Part shown: in pieces, positions 27,867 through 39,604 of the stretch | How the letters are laid out: every line of letters begins with the position of its first letter | How positions within the stretch are numbered: the stretch's first letter is position 1 | Source: Psilocybe cubensis | Lineage: Eukaryota | DNA: 64,000 nt | Assembly: GCA_017499595.2 (NCBI GenBank) | Contig: CM038999.1 | Coordinates: 2,790,001-2,854,000 of the forward strand | Direction of reading: 5' to 3' | Position numbers and translations under genes: made by a program | The notes under the pieces: model-generated | Seen by the model: only the letters and a program-made list of their open reading frames with translations | What the model was told of the DNA's origin: nothing | Databases searched by the model: none

Positions 27867-28083
27867 GGTGTAGGGCGTCTAAGGGAAAGTTGAACTACGA
27901 CGACGATTCAGGCGACGACGAGCGTGGAGGTCGGGTTGGAACTCCGCTTCTCTAGGGCCTCCGCCAAACAAAGGCAACTAAGTGGCGCTGCGCTGACTAA
28001 ACCCTAAAACAGAGACTCCCAGTGTTTCCACCCGTCCATGACCGCTGCCTGGCCGCGAGCGCACTCTAGCACACCCTTCACAA

Positions 28084-28170
28084 GCATTAATGGGGTAGTG
28101 GTAACCTGGGTCGTTGCCAATCGTCGAACATTGATTCGACCCGCCGGGGGTTCGATTCCCCCTTAATGCA
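28084..28170 (+). tRNA. tRNA-Gly(GCC) with a short canonical-position intron
   Basis: Acceptor stem GCATTAA/TTAATGC+A; D loop TAGTGGTAA; anticodon arm GGTCG-TTGCCA-(~16-nt intron)-CGACC; T arm GGGGG-TTCGATT-CCCCC; T-rich tract downstream. Confidence 0.93.
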
Positions 28171-31100
28171 TTTAGTTTTACAGTTTCTTTTTGCTCTACT
28201 GATATTTGATTTTGAAGTATTGCCCTAGAAGTTTGTATCTGGAAGTGTTCTGATTCGTGCTCTCGCATTCAGGTTCCCGAGTCGTCGGTAGCTTCACTTT
28301 CGCGATGTTCAGCTTTGGGGCTATGCCGCTGTGCAATAGTTAATTCGATACTCTTCATTTGCGCCTCCACCGATGTCTGTGTAAGTAAAATCTTTTTCAT
28401 CCCATGGATAGCCTAAACGACTTTCTTCCATTGAACAAGAAAAGATTCCCTGAACATAGACACACCGTGTAAGGCAGAGAAAATCATGTTTTTCATAGAA
28501 CTTCTTTGAATAATGATTCCATCTTTTCCAGTCTGATGTATCTCTCACGCACAGCCCAAGTGTTGGTAAGATTGACTTATGCGACATAGCCCGCCGTTAA
28601 GTGGAGGAGTTACACTCAAAGTCTTTACCCCAGAACCTACAAATGTCAACTCGCCGCCGCTAACGTGAATGTCGACGGAAATCGTTTGAATTCCGGTCAA
28701 TTGTATCACACGACTATTGACCTACTGATGAATCACACAAACTCCATCCGCATTCCAACAAGGTCAGGTCGAGTTGCCTTTGTGCGTTATAACACTGACT
28801 GAGTTATATGTAGTAACATTATGTGAAGTTCTATTTATGTTGTGAACACAGTATTGACCCCCTTTCATCATGTAAGAGTTCCTCAGTCAAATAACGACAA
28901 CATACTAACTACTTGAACCCTGCAATATGTGGCGCATCTAGTAACACCCACGGTAAATTGGAATTATACCATGATACATAATGACGCGCTTTTCTGATGC
29001 AGTCGTGTAACTGGGAGCATCAATTCCCCGAGTCAGAGTCAAGTGCCAGGGAAAGGACCGAGAGAGGAACCTTTAGACTCCAGGATCAACGGGATCACAA
29101 TATTGAGTGCCCGGTATCGCACCCTCCTCTTCCAAAGGGGGCCAAGAGCGGACTTGAAGCGATGGCAAGGGCAATTACTCGGGAGTTGGGGCCACTGGCC
29201 AAAGGATTATACATCTTGAGTCATCCTTTGATTTTGAGGACGAGTGGCAATGGGACCAGTGTGGCCATATGAGGGTCTTTGGGTGGCCATACGACACCAT
29301 TGTTAGTGAACTAGGGCGTCCTACATTGTTTAGTGTAGAGAATGAGTTCAGGATTGCCTTTTGACCTTTGCGCCTGCGGAGCACCTAGATTTTCCCACAT
29401 TCATCTAGCCTTCGACGCGCAAATGGCGATTCAGCAGACTCCCAGGCTGCTTTATATCTACCGCGGCCGAATGTGATCTTATCTAACCACTCGATCTAAA
29501 AAGGACACAAGTGGGCGTCACCATTTTCGATCACAATCGAGTCTGGGTCAACCCAAAAGATTAAAGTTGCCTCCGCGTTCGTTTAGGCGCCCAATCGGTG
29601 ATCGATCTCGTGCTTTAATGATCGCGGTCGCTCTCATGCTGCCTAAACAAGAGGATCTGCAAGAAGACTCCATTTTTTAAACGCCCATGGTGCCTTTTCA
29701 TCGTCGAAAGTTATGGCATCAATATGTTTTCGGACTCGGAAGAGGTATAGTACGCGATGTGATTTTTGCACAATCAAAGGAGTCCATGAGATCATATCAA
29801 GGACCTTTGGGTCATCAGTCCATGCTCACCCACGCCTTCCGTTATATCCACTCAATCACCCAATTCGTATTTACATTATTATCCCGCAGGGCACACCGTG
29901 CACTTGGGGAGACGAGCCCTTCTATCTGTATAACCATATGCCGGCGACATCTCTGTGAGTATAAGAAGCCCATCACGCACACCGGGTACTTTATAAAAAG
30001 CACCGGCGGCGTTCACCCATGACAATTTCCATCCCATTACAGACCATCGGTGTACACGGTTTGTCATGCTAATGAACCCAATGACACAGTCACGCCTCGA
30101 GGTTTTCCTACAATTACCGCCTTTGGCATTTACCTGGCCCCAACAAGTTAGTCAGAGTAAGAATAGCTCTCCGCGAGATCGCTCTGTAGCGATTAGAAGG
30201 GGACTCCTCCCGGGAACGCACATGACCCACCTCGTTCCGCTCTTAAAGGCACCGTTTCAATACCTGCCTGCCACATACAAACTTCCTTTTGCCTATCACT
30301 TCCCCCAACCCTTGGGTTTCGACTCCCCCCTTCAAGAGAGAAAAAAATACCTGGGTCCCTTACCCCACACTATACGTTGTTTGACTTCTTCGGTCGTTCA
30401 CGTCCGATACTACTCGTCTCAAGAAACAGAGGAAGAAGAAATAATAAGAGAATAAAAACTTTGCAAAAGGGAACAAAAACGTGGCAAACTGGTGCTCGAG
30501 AACCCTTCCAAGTGAATCTGTGGGAGCTTACTTGGGACACAAATACAAAAGGGTTCACAAGTTACAGTGAAAGAACACCTTACCTTGTCTTGACATGCTT
30601 CCCCTTGTTGGTGAGTGTTCTAATAGTTCGAACCAAGAACCAGTCAAAGAACCGTTCTATGTGACCTTTTTCCTCCGGCATGCCTGAGTGTGGGATTTTC
30701 AAAACACTGTCGAACATGTCAATCTTGCCAAAAAGTCTAACTGCAACTTGCAATGTCACCCATCAATGTCGAACTATGATGTTCAAAGAGATGCATCTCA
30801 AGTACATACAAATAATAGACAATAGTATTATAACATCCCCGCAACATGCAATAATGATAATAAATGATGACAAGTGATTCAAGTATCACCAAGAGCGTAC
30901 AGCCTGTTACTACTGCGAAAGTTTACTGTTTGAGTGTTGCGAGGCATTTTTGTTTTACTAACTGGGTTCAGTCTCGGGTACGTACCAGAGCAATTGGCAG
31001 CCAAGTCAGATGATAAGTAGATAATTCCAATATGATTATGACGCGAGACCCCGAGCCAAAAAGCCTTGATCCAAGTTGACGATAAGTAGTAGCAAATAAC

Positions 31101-32369
31101 CAAGGAACAGGCCCGACGCTTCCGATACCCTGGACGGGGCATTTTTGCCTTGATTGAAGAACTTCCTCAGTGGGAAAAATACACCTGCCAACAACCCGCC
31201 GCCGCCTCATTGTCTCCTATCATAAAAACGTGGTTTCTCAGGATTGTTATGAAAAAGAACATTAAACCATCATATTGTTTGATTCTAGCTCAACAGCGCC
31301 GCCTCTGAAAGATGGTTACAACCCGAGGGCAGTGAGCGAGGCTACGAACAGATTAAAAAAAAGCTGCTGCCCAGTAGTAAATGCATGGGGAAATTAAAAA
31401 GTATAAAGCTGATTGAGAGAACACACACCATGCAGATGCAGAAAAAATGAGGTGGCATGGGCGCACCATCGCACGCTGGGACCCGTCGTTTCCAAAGGGA
31501 AAAAAAAAAGTGGTTCGACGTTTCAAACGATCCAACGGGCATGACAATGGAAATTCCGGAGATGTGAGCACTGCGCACGAACTTCCCCTTCCCCAGATAT
31601 CGCGATATCCATCAGAGCACACTTGTCGTTGGGTGGGATTATTACTACAAATGATAAAAGAAACAAACAGTTGAAGCGAAAATAAAAAACGTGTTTTCAT
31701 ACATGAGGGCAAAAAGTTTCTGATGAGAAACTTCCGAAATTCTTCAAATTAGTTGGGGCGCTGATTCCCTGGTCCATCATGACAGAGCTGAGATAAGTGG
31801 GGCGTGGTGAACACGTTCAAGGGATCTAGAAAGCTTGTATCATTGCGTGACATTTTATGAGATTGTTCTCGTACTTCCCTCGTGTAGCAGTCTTGTTTCC
31901 CCAGACGCGCATCGAGGCGTTCTCCAGATCGTCGGAAAGCACAATGCCATTGACGTTTGTCAGACGCCAGATTCGAGTGCTGCGTCTTGGTGTAAACTGG
32001 AATTTTAAAAATAAGCAAACTGTTTGTGATGTTATAACCTGTTTTATTGATTTCTTTGTGTTGTGTGTACATGTATGTAAGTAGCCTATGCAAGTATGAG
32101 CCCAGTAATAAGTATAAGATGCTATGTAGAAACAATAACCTATGCAATGCAGGGTGATGAATGAGGTATGCAAAATGATATAAGGCAATGAATGCTGATG
32201 CAGCATGAGAGGCAAGAAAAGAAAAAAGGATGCGGGGTATGTGGGATAATGCTACAATTGATGTCAGTGAGAGATAAGGAAGATGATGTTGAGAGAGACA
32301 AGAAAATGAGAAAAGAAACAGAGACGAAAGGAGCGACTGTAGGAGATCATAAGTCCATGAAAGCAGAGG

Positions 32370-33366
32370 CTACCAGCCAGAAGGCACCGCAAAAGCGAAC
32401 ATTTTCGGCTTTAGAGGATGTGTTGCAGGAACACCGTCTGTCAAGCCAAAATGTGGAGAAGTGTCGATGCCGCGAATCTTTGGATTCGTTTCTGGACCGC
32501 CAACGGGAGTAGCAGGAGAACCAGAAGATGTAGGAGAAGTTGTGTTTGAGAAGGTTGGGGAGGGGGTATCGGGAGTGTTTGGATCGGCACCCCAAGGGCC
32601 CTTTGTGGGCGTTCCAGGTGCGCCTGGGATTTTTGGAGCTGGATTGCGCTCTGCGGGGAAGCCTGGTACGGGACTGGTGGTGCCAGATTTCTCTTGGAAG
32701 GGAGTACTTGTGCTGGAAGCCTCTGCTCTGGCAGCTCGTTTTGATACGAAAGTGGTAGGATAATTTGGATACTGTGCCTTGCTCTGGGCAAAGTCAGTGC
32801 GGACGGCGTTTTCGAAATTTGTGAGTATGGGGTCGTCTACAGTGAGTTCCCAGTCGAGATAGGTGCACATTTCGCGCTCCATCTGATTGACCTCGCGCAG
32901 AGAAAACATGCCCTGAGCGACAATACACCAGGACTTGTTTGAGTAGGTGTCATCGCACATGACTTTTGAAGAAATCATATAAGCAGAGATGAAGAGACGG
33001 TGGCCAGAAGAGCCACGGGCAGAGGGAAAGCGGGCCTTGAGACGCTGGAGAAGAACGAGAGCAGCAAAGGTGACAGCGGCATGTAACTTTGTGCGGTGGA
33101 GAGCATAGGCGATGAAATAGGGGAGCTTTGCCTGGGACTGAGTGGCCGACTGGGGGTACTCTGGGCAAGCGAATAGATGAGTGATGAAGCGTGCAGCTAG
33201 TTTTGCGAGGGACTCCTGGCCATGGTATGGGTCGTTTTTAGCTGGTGGATGGGATGCCTGGTAGACAGCTAAGAAAAGACAAGAAGAAGAAGAAAGTAGA
33301 GCAACGCACCGGTGGAACAGCATAAGAGCGCCTGGGAGCACCTGAGGCAGAATTGTGAGATGCCAT
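32370..33366 (-). CDS. Pho85-type (Pcl-like) cyclin, 2 exons
   Basis: MASHNSASGAPRRSYAVPP|ASHPP...; cyclin box LPYFIAYALHRTKL...LLQRLKARFP...HRLFISAYMISSKVMCDDTYSNKSW...LREVNQMEREMCTYLDWEL; S/T-P-rich tail. Confidence 0.92.
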
Positions 33367-35276
33367 TGATGCGTAAACCTGGGACGCAAATTGTCAGGGA
33401 ATGGTACGGCGGGGTGGATTATAAGAAAGGCAATTTACAAGTGGCACGAGGAAGGGAGTTGCCCCGGATGGCCGCGTGCAAAGATCTTGACTGTACAGCA
33501 AGCGAAAAAAACTTTTTGTCAACGGATATCCCCATTTAGGTTGTCCAGCGGCCTGCAAATCACAAAGTCCCTTGCACAGCCCCATCGGCCGACTCTCTCC
33601 CCAGTCCCAGCCTGCAGGACAGCCCCGCGGGCCGCAGCTACCACTCGCCTTCTTCGGGATCGCTCTACGGATCACATCCGTCTGAGAGCCCTATCCTTTC
33701 CTCGGTTTCGCCGACACACCTGCGATCCATGCCTCCTCCGCGAGAACTCTGGGACATACCCAATATCAAACAATTACCTCTTTGCCCACGTTCAACCACC
33801 TGTCTATTTCAATCTACACACGTCAATTTTACGTATTCATCTTGATCCCACCTTCTGTCTTATTATCTTGTGTTATCGCTTGTCCTCCTACCATAAGCTT
33901 TTTCATACATCTACTGCTGCAAGCAACCGTTATCTACCCTCGCTCTCTGACCCAAACTTTAACCCCAGCTATCTCTCACCATGAGGCATCTTCTAAACGA
34001 TGGCCTCTTGTCCCTGATTATCCCTGATCCTCTTGTCCTAGCATGACATGCCCCATCGTGCTGCTCTATGTCCAGTATACTTGCATTACACTTATGCTCT
34101 GTACGTGCTAAATGCAGCGCTGATATTAATAGTTCTCTAACATTAATTTTATCTACCACCAACCCCAAGAGAGTCTTAATGGGTGCTACCAGTCAGAAAA
34201 CCGGGCGCTCAATGATTGCCAATCATGCACTACTTCGTTTTCCACTGGTATTCTGATACATGAATCGATGACACCTCCATACCTTTCTTTTAACACATAC
34301 GTCCGTGTGTCATTCACGGAGTCGGTTATCGAGCAATTAATGCATGGCGACTCGGAGGCCCGCTCAGCGCGAACGTGCCTCTGTGATTCATTTTTCTGAC
34401 TTCTGTTATGGAACACCGTACCGGGTTTCTGAAATGTTCACCAACGTACTCGAAATGCTGGCTTGCTAAAAATTCCTCGAGTAGGTATCATCCAGCGTTT
34501 TTTAATTAGTACTAGAGTCCAACGCCCCAAAAAAGCTGACAAACGCATACATCATGACTCCAAGGGATGCTCCAAACGATTTTCTTACGTCTTCTCTCAT
34601 ACTTTCCAACCCCAGATTAGTTTTCCGGCGAGTCAGTGAAGTGGACTCGTAGCGCCCAAAAATAGCCACGGTGTCCAAGGAAGCGCCATGATGCGCCTTA
34701 CTCGAGACGCACCTCCATTCTTCCATCTGCATGTCACAGGCGGGGTTACACAACACGAGTTGTATGAGCGCATACCTTCCATTTCTGTACCAGGGTTGAC
34801 GCATTTAGGCGCTCATCACGGAAATGCACCAACGCGACACGAACGGCCTGCATGGTGTGGTTGTGGTGCCTGACAATGAGTTGCTTTGAAAAAGTTCACA
34901 TTTTTCTATGACTCTGACTTTATGCAGCTGAAACTTCTGACATTAGCAACGAAAGCCAAGGTTGTTTGATGCGGCGCCCTGTGACGAACAGAGTCTGCGA
35001 CGCTGCCGCCGCGGCACCTGCCTTCACGCGTCCCGCAGTTGCAAAACAGCGATAACCACGGCATGCACTAATACATATCCATTCTGTGGCTATTTAATCC
35101 ATACAGTTTCAATTGCAAAACTACAGGTGGCGCTTGCGCTCTCCCCGTACTTGTCCCAGAGTAGGGAGGCCCGTTTGATTTTATAGAAATGAATGATATA
35201 TTGCGTGCGTCTCGGGAAATTGAGACGGTTAACTTTTGCGTTTTTATTGAAACTATTATACTAGCAAAACGATCGT

Positions 35277-36362
35277 TCAGTAAAAGCTTTTATAAACCAC
35301 CCACGCGTCTACGTATTCCTCGCCCTGGCCATCTGCAGTGCGAAGCCGTCCTGCGCGCGGGATGCGTCCTACTTTTGTAAATCCCAGTTTCTCCCATAGT
35401 CTGCGAAAAAAAATATAAAACAATTGCGATCAGGATATACATCACTGAGCGGGGTGAAATCCCCGCCGGAGATGCTTAAATACCTGACTGAAGCAACGTT
35501 GTTCACGTAGACCAGGTTGAACACGCTGCCTTGGTATCCTAACCGGGGCGCGTAGTGGACATATGATTGCGAGAGAAGCGACCCGTAGCCTTTCTTTCGT
35601 TGTACCGGCGGCACGACGAAGCCTGCATTGCAGATCTACCACGTCATGTTGTCAGCGAGCGGGATAATAAAAAGACGAAAGTTGACATGACAGTCCGAGA
35701 GCGTTCCCGAGTGAGCGGTGGTGTGTGGTGTGCATCAGACAATACTAATCAGAACAACTTTGCGAACAACAGAAACACAAAAAACCACCCACATGCGAAG
35801 AGCGTCCTGGATAATTGGGTTTAATCTTGGAGAAGAACAAAAAAAAGCATTTAACATGAGGGCTCTCGGTTGTACACATTTAAAAAAAAGTACGGCAGTT
35901 GGCAGAACAGCCGGGTGGACGAGGGGGGGGGGTACATACGTAGTAATAACCAGCGACGCACTCTTCCCATGTTCGCGTTCCGCGCGCAGCGTCGATGTCC
36001 TGCACGGCTGCCTGATCGCCTGAGCGGACGCGCTCCCCTGATGCGGTTCTCGGCAAAGACTCGCCGACGATCCCGACAAAGACATCAGCCGCGAAAAAGT
36101 AGGCTTCGAACGTCTTCTGCTCCATCTCGCCCTCCTGCGGGTACGTCAGCCCGTCCTCGATCTCCTTCGCAAACACCGTGCCCAGGTATCCGAGAAGCCC
36201 CGGCAGCGCACTCGCCATTCCCAGTGTCAAGTGGTGCACAGAGATGAATTGATCAGTGCCAGACTCGCCAGTATTCGCATTTTGTGGCGAGAACCGGGTC
36301 CAAATCGTGGTTGGCAGAGCCGAAGTAGCTACTGTGCGTTTTATGTCGCCGTACGCAGACAT
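35277..36362 (-). CDS. GNAT acetyltransferase, Mpr1 (L-azetidine-2-carboxylate N-acetyltransferase)/Spt10-like, 4 exons
   Basis: EIEDGLTYPQE...AGYYY|IKPNYPGRSSH|ICNAGFVV...RKKGYGSLL...GYQGSVFNLVYVNNVASVR|LWEKLGFTKVGRIPRAGRL...YVDAWVVYKSFY*. Confidence 0.9.
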
Positions 36363-36449
36363 GTTAAGTATACTTGTATAGCAAAGAAAAATTGAAGGCG
36401 ATCGTCAGAACGTTTGCCGGTCCTTTCACACAATGAAAAAAGTGTCGGC

Positions 36450-36527
36450 CTTATCAGCCTGAGAACTTTTTCTCGCATTCTGATTTTCCTTCATCTCCTT
36501 ATCAGATAAGCGCCAGCCTTCCACGTG
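36450..36527. promoter_or_regulatory. GATA-site cluster plus E-box upstream of the GNAT gene
   Basis: CTTATC at 36450-36455, inverted double GATA CTTATCAGATAAG at 36498-36510 and CACGTG at 36522-36527, 88-165 bp upstream of the ATG at 36362. Confidence 0.45.
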
Positions 36528-39500
36528 TCGCTGCCCATCAAAAATTAATTAGGAGCGGGTTGAACACATTCGTTGGAGATAGGGGGTAATATGGTATGAT
36601 ACTAGCTCACTGGACGCACTCCACGTCTTGACAAGTAACCCAGAAACAATAGGTTAGAAGCTAAACTAGAGACTGACTCGGTGTATCGAAGTTTCGCAAA
36701 GCTTCAAACGCGGTGCGTGGTCATGCCATTGAGTGCCAGCCAAGTTGATTGGGTCAACTTATATACCAACCGTTCCTCGTGGGGAAATAAAGACCCATGA
36801 TTTTGTCGTGCCGATAATGACGACTCGGGACCGGTGAGTCATATAAGGCCTTCAATTAAACAAATTTGATTGCCTCACTGACCAGGTCCTCCCCTGTCCT
36901 CTCCTAATCAAGTAGCACAGGTCACCCTCCCCTGGCCATTGTCCTCCTCGAGTGGCCACAAGTGGCACTGCAAAGGTCTTTCTCGAAACTTCCACAACTT
37001 TTCTAGTTAACGGAGAATTTGACTCTGCTTACGGAAGGTCGTACCGTGAGTCGTGTCAGAAATAGCGTGTGCATAGATGAATTTTACCGTCTTTCGGATC
37101 CAAAGTTGGTCTACCGGAGGACAAGAGTTCGATCAAGTTGGACTCATGATTTATACTACCGAGTTTGAATCACTTCTGTGAAATGATGAAAGCTCATAGA
37201 TCGACTCATGATATGGTCGGAGTGAATGGGACAACTGACTACAATTTGCTTTCAAGATCGATAACCCATTGTAGGTTACCGAAAACATCGTACGGAGAGC
37301 GTGTGACATGAAAAAATGATAGCTTTTGGTCGTATCTAGTTAAGATATGGCTCATTGTGATGTAATTACTTATTTGTCTTCTATCTTTAAATACGTAATG
37401 ATCAAAGCCTCAAGCAAATTTAGGCACTTGTCCCTCCTTTACCCGGATGAGGTTCAAGACAATTTTAGCTCAACAGAACTTGGTATTAACGGCTGGTTAT
37501 TAGATTACCAACTTTTCGTTAACTTGCGTTTCCGTATCCGATTATCGCTTTCAAAATAGATGCATTGATTACTAAGTGCCACTCTCATTATAATTGATTA
37601 TTAAGGCAAGCGCCCATAAAAAAATACTCGGCTTCCACTTTGCCTAATATGTTTACGCCACCGATTTCATTCCACGGGCATAAGGTAAAGCAAATCCCTG
37701 AAAATTTAGAGCGAAATTTGACTTTTGACATTTGTTTCGAGCATCTTTTCATTCAGCTTCGTGACATCCAACATCGTTGAAATATTCCGATTGCCCGGAG
37801 TCTTGATCCCATCCGTCCATTTACGTTCTCAGCCATAACCCGAATTGCAAAGCCCGATAAATGGATACAAGCTACTTTTCAAATGCAACCAAAACAAAAA
37901 TCGCGGGTAAATACATTCTAGCATCTGCTCCTGCTGAAATTTTGGGATCTTATGTTTTATCCATCCTAGTTTGTTTTCCTTCTTGCCATGTGTTGTGGGT
38001 GCTCCGGTATCTTGACACATACTTCCCAGAAAGGAAATAAACGTCATTTGCCGGACACAGCCCCTGATCTGGTTTTTTCCACTTTCCGCAGCGATCAAGT
38101 CCAATTGCCCACCGTCTCCGACTGCCTTCCTCTGCCTTCGAATTCGACCTGATTCAAATTTTCCATGCTATAATAAGAGGGCCGACGTAGCTTTGGGGAC
38201 ATGTATGAATGAGATGCGCCACTGGCAGACTGTGCCCTGGTTCCTTTCGTTATCACCGCTATCCTTTCGATGTGTAGCTTATGGGAGTCAGGTGGGTTCC
38301 ATTTTCCGGTGAAAGAGGGTATTTAACCGGTTGTTACTGTAATGGAACGGTAAGGTCGCGTAGAATCGCTCCATAGGATCATCAACATATAGGAGATGAA
38401 GAGATGATTAGTGACGACGCCTGTGAACAATCATGGACTCGGGGAAAGCGCCGAATTCGGCGGGCAGTGCAACTGAACAGATTGATGTCAGCGACATAAG
38501 AAAGTGTTAAGGTTGAGCCGAAATCTTTGACTAGTTACCTAGTAAGAGAGTAGACTCAACTTGAACGCGCGACATCTCACTCCCGGTCCACAATCGGTCG
38601 CATCATCCCTGTGTAGCACTCATCGGCGGGTATTTATTATCGGTCGCTCTACTTAAAAAATCGGAACCGGTTGTGTTAATAAGTATGTACAATGAAGAAA
38701 TTTTAGATGACGCGATCGCTACTGATACCCACTGAAGAGAACGTACCCTCGATCGCAAAATCTTCGGGAGTATGGGAAAGTTATTTTGAGAGGCGACCAA
38801 GATGCAGTGGAGATGCAGTTCAAAGTAGCAACTTCGATATGTACAGTTGATGATAGATCCTTGTTGAAAGTTCTCCGACGATCAGAACTCTCTCGTGAAT
38901 ACATTTAGAGAGGGTTCCAGTTCTCAAGGGATTCAACCGCATTCCCTGTTTCAAGAACTAATTTTTGTACTATGCGAAAGCCAAGAGCACTGCAAAACCA
39001 CACCTAACTAAGGCTTTCTCACGGTTTCGGTCATTTAACTCCTATTGCACTTGTTAAGAACTGAATATAATCCGTAGATGCCAATTCGAGTCTTGAGGCG
39101 AAATGACTGGTGGGTAAGTAGGAATTGAGATGTCTAAAGTCATGCCCAACTTTCTTAGGCGAATTCATTCTTCGCTTTATATTTTACAGACGAAAGGTGC
39201 ATGCTGGATCAATGTGGCTGGTAAATCGATCAGTCAATGAAAGTCACCGAAAATTGTCTATAGATGTTTACGACTCACAGTGCGGCTTCTGACGATGAGT
39301 GTGGTAACGGAACCAAAAGGTAAAGCTGTAAATAATTTTCACATCGTGCACTTCGCATCCAAGCATGGGATATAAATCAGCAATGTCATCTATCTGTACT
39401 GTGATTTTGTTTACTCCGAGTGCTTGCGGCTTAGCCCTTAGGACACAAACGTGCTTCATTGAGAGACACCAAATTGCAAATCTCCGAGTCGCAAGGCTGT

Positions 39501-39604
39501 GTGCATGTCTTGAGTATGGCCCTAAGCTGCTAAAATGGACGGTGCTACTTAGAAATGAGGACTTAATCTAGTCACAGAAAAATGGATCACAAACTTTTCA
39601 CAAT

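Noticed and set aside
27997..28009. CTAAACCCTAAA, a telomere-repeat or telomerase-template-like string
   Set aside because: A single 1.5-copy match in the Nab2/tRNA spacer, with no room or other structural support for a telomerase RNA.
30310..30330. tRNA/B-box-like GGGTTTCGACTCCCC
   Set aside because: Extra T versus the consensus, the T-stem does not pair, and there is no A-box or cloverleaf upstream.
30150..30535. RNase MRP RNA candidate (GGAGCTTACT at ~30523 resembles yeast CR-V)
   Set aside because: No proper GAAAGUC CR-I, no CR-IV AUAGUUAU between the two halves and no ACnnAA before the motif. Likely chance.
31714..31735. Hammerhead-like CTGATGA-GAAA
   Set aside because: No stem II between CUGAUGA and GAAA; it is simply a short hairpin.
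33391..33984. 197-aa ORF upstream of the cyclin
   Set aside because: Non-ATG start, lies across the GC-rich cyclin promoter and has no recognisable motif.
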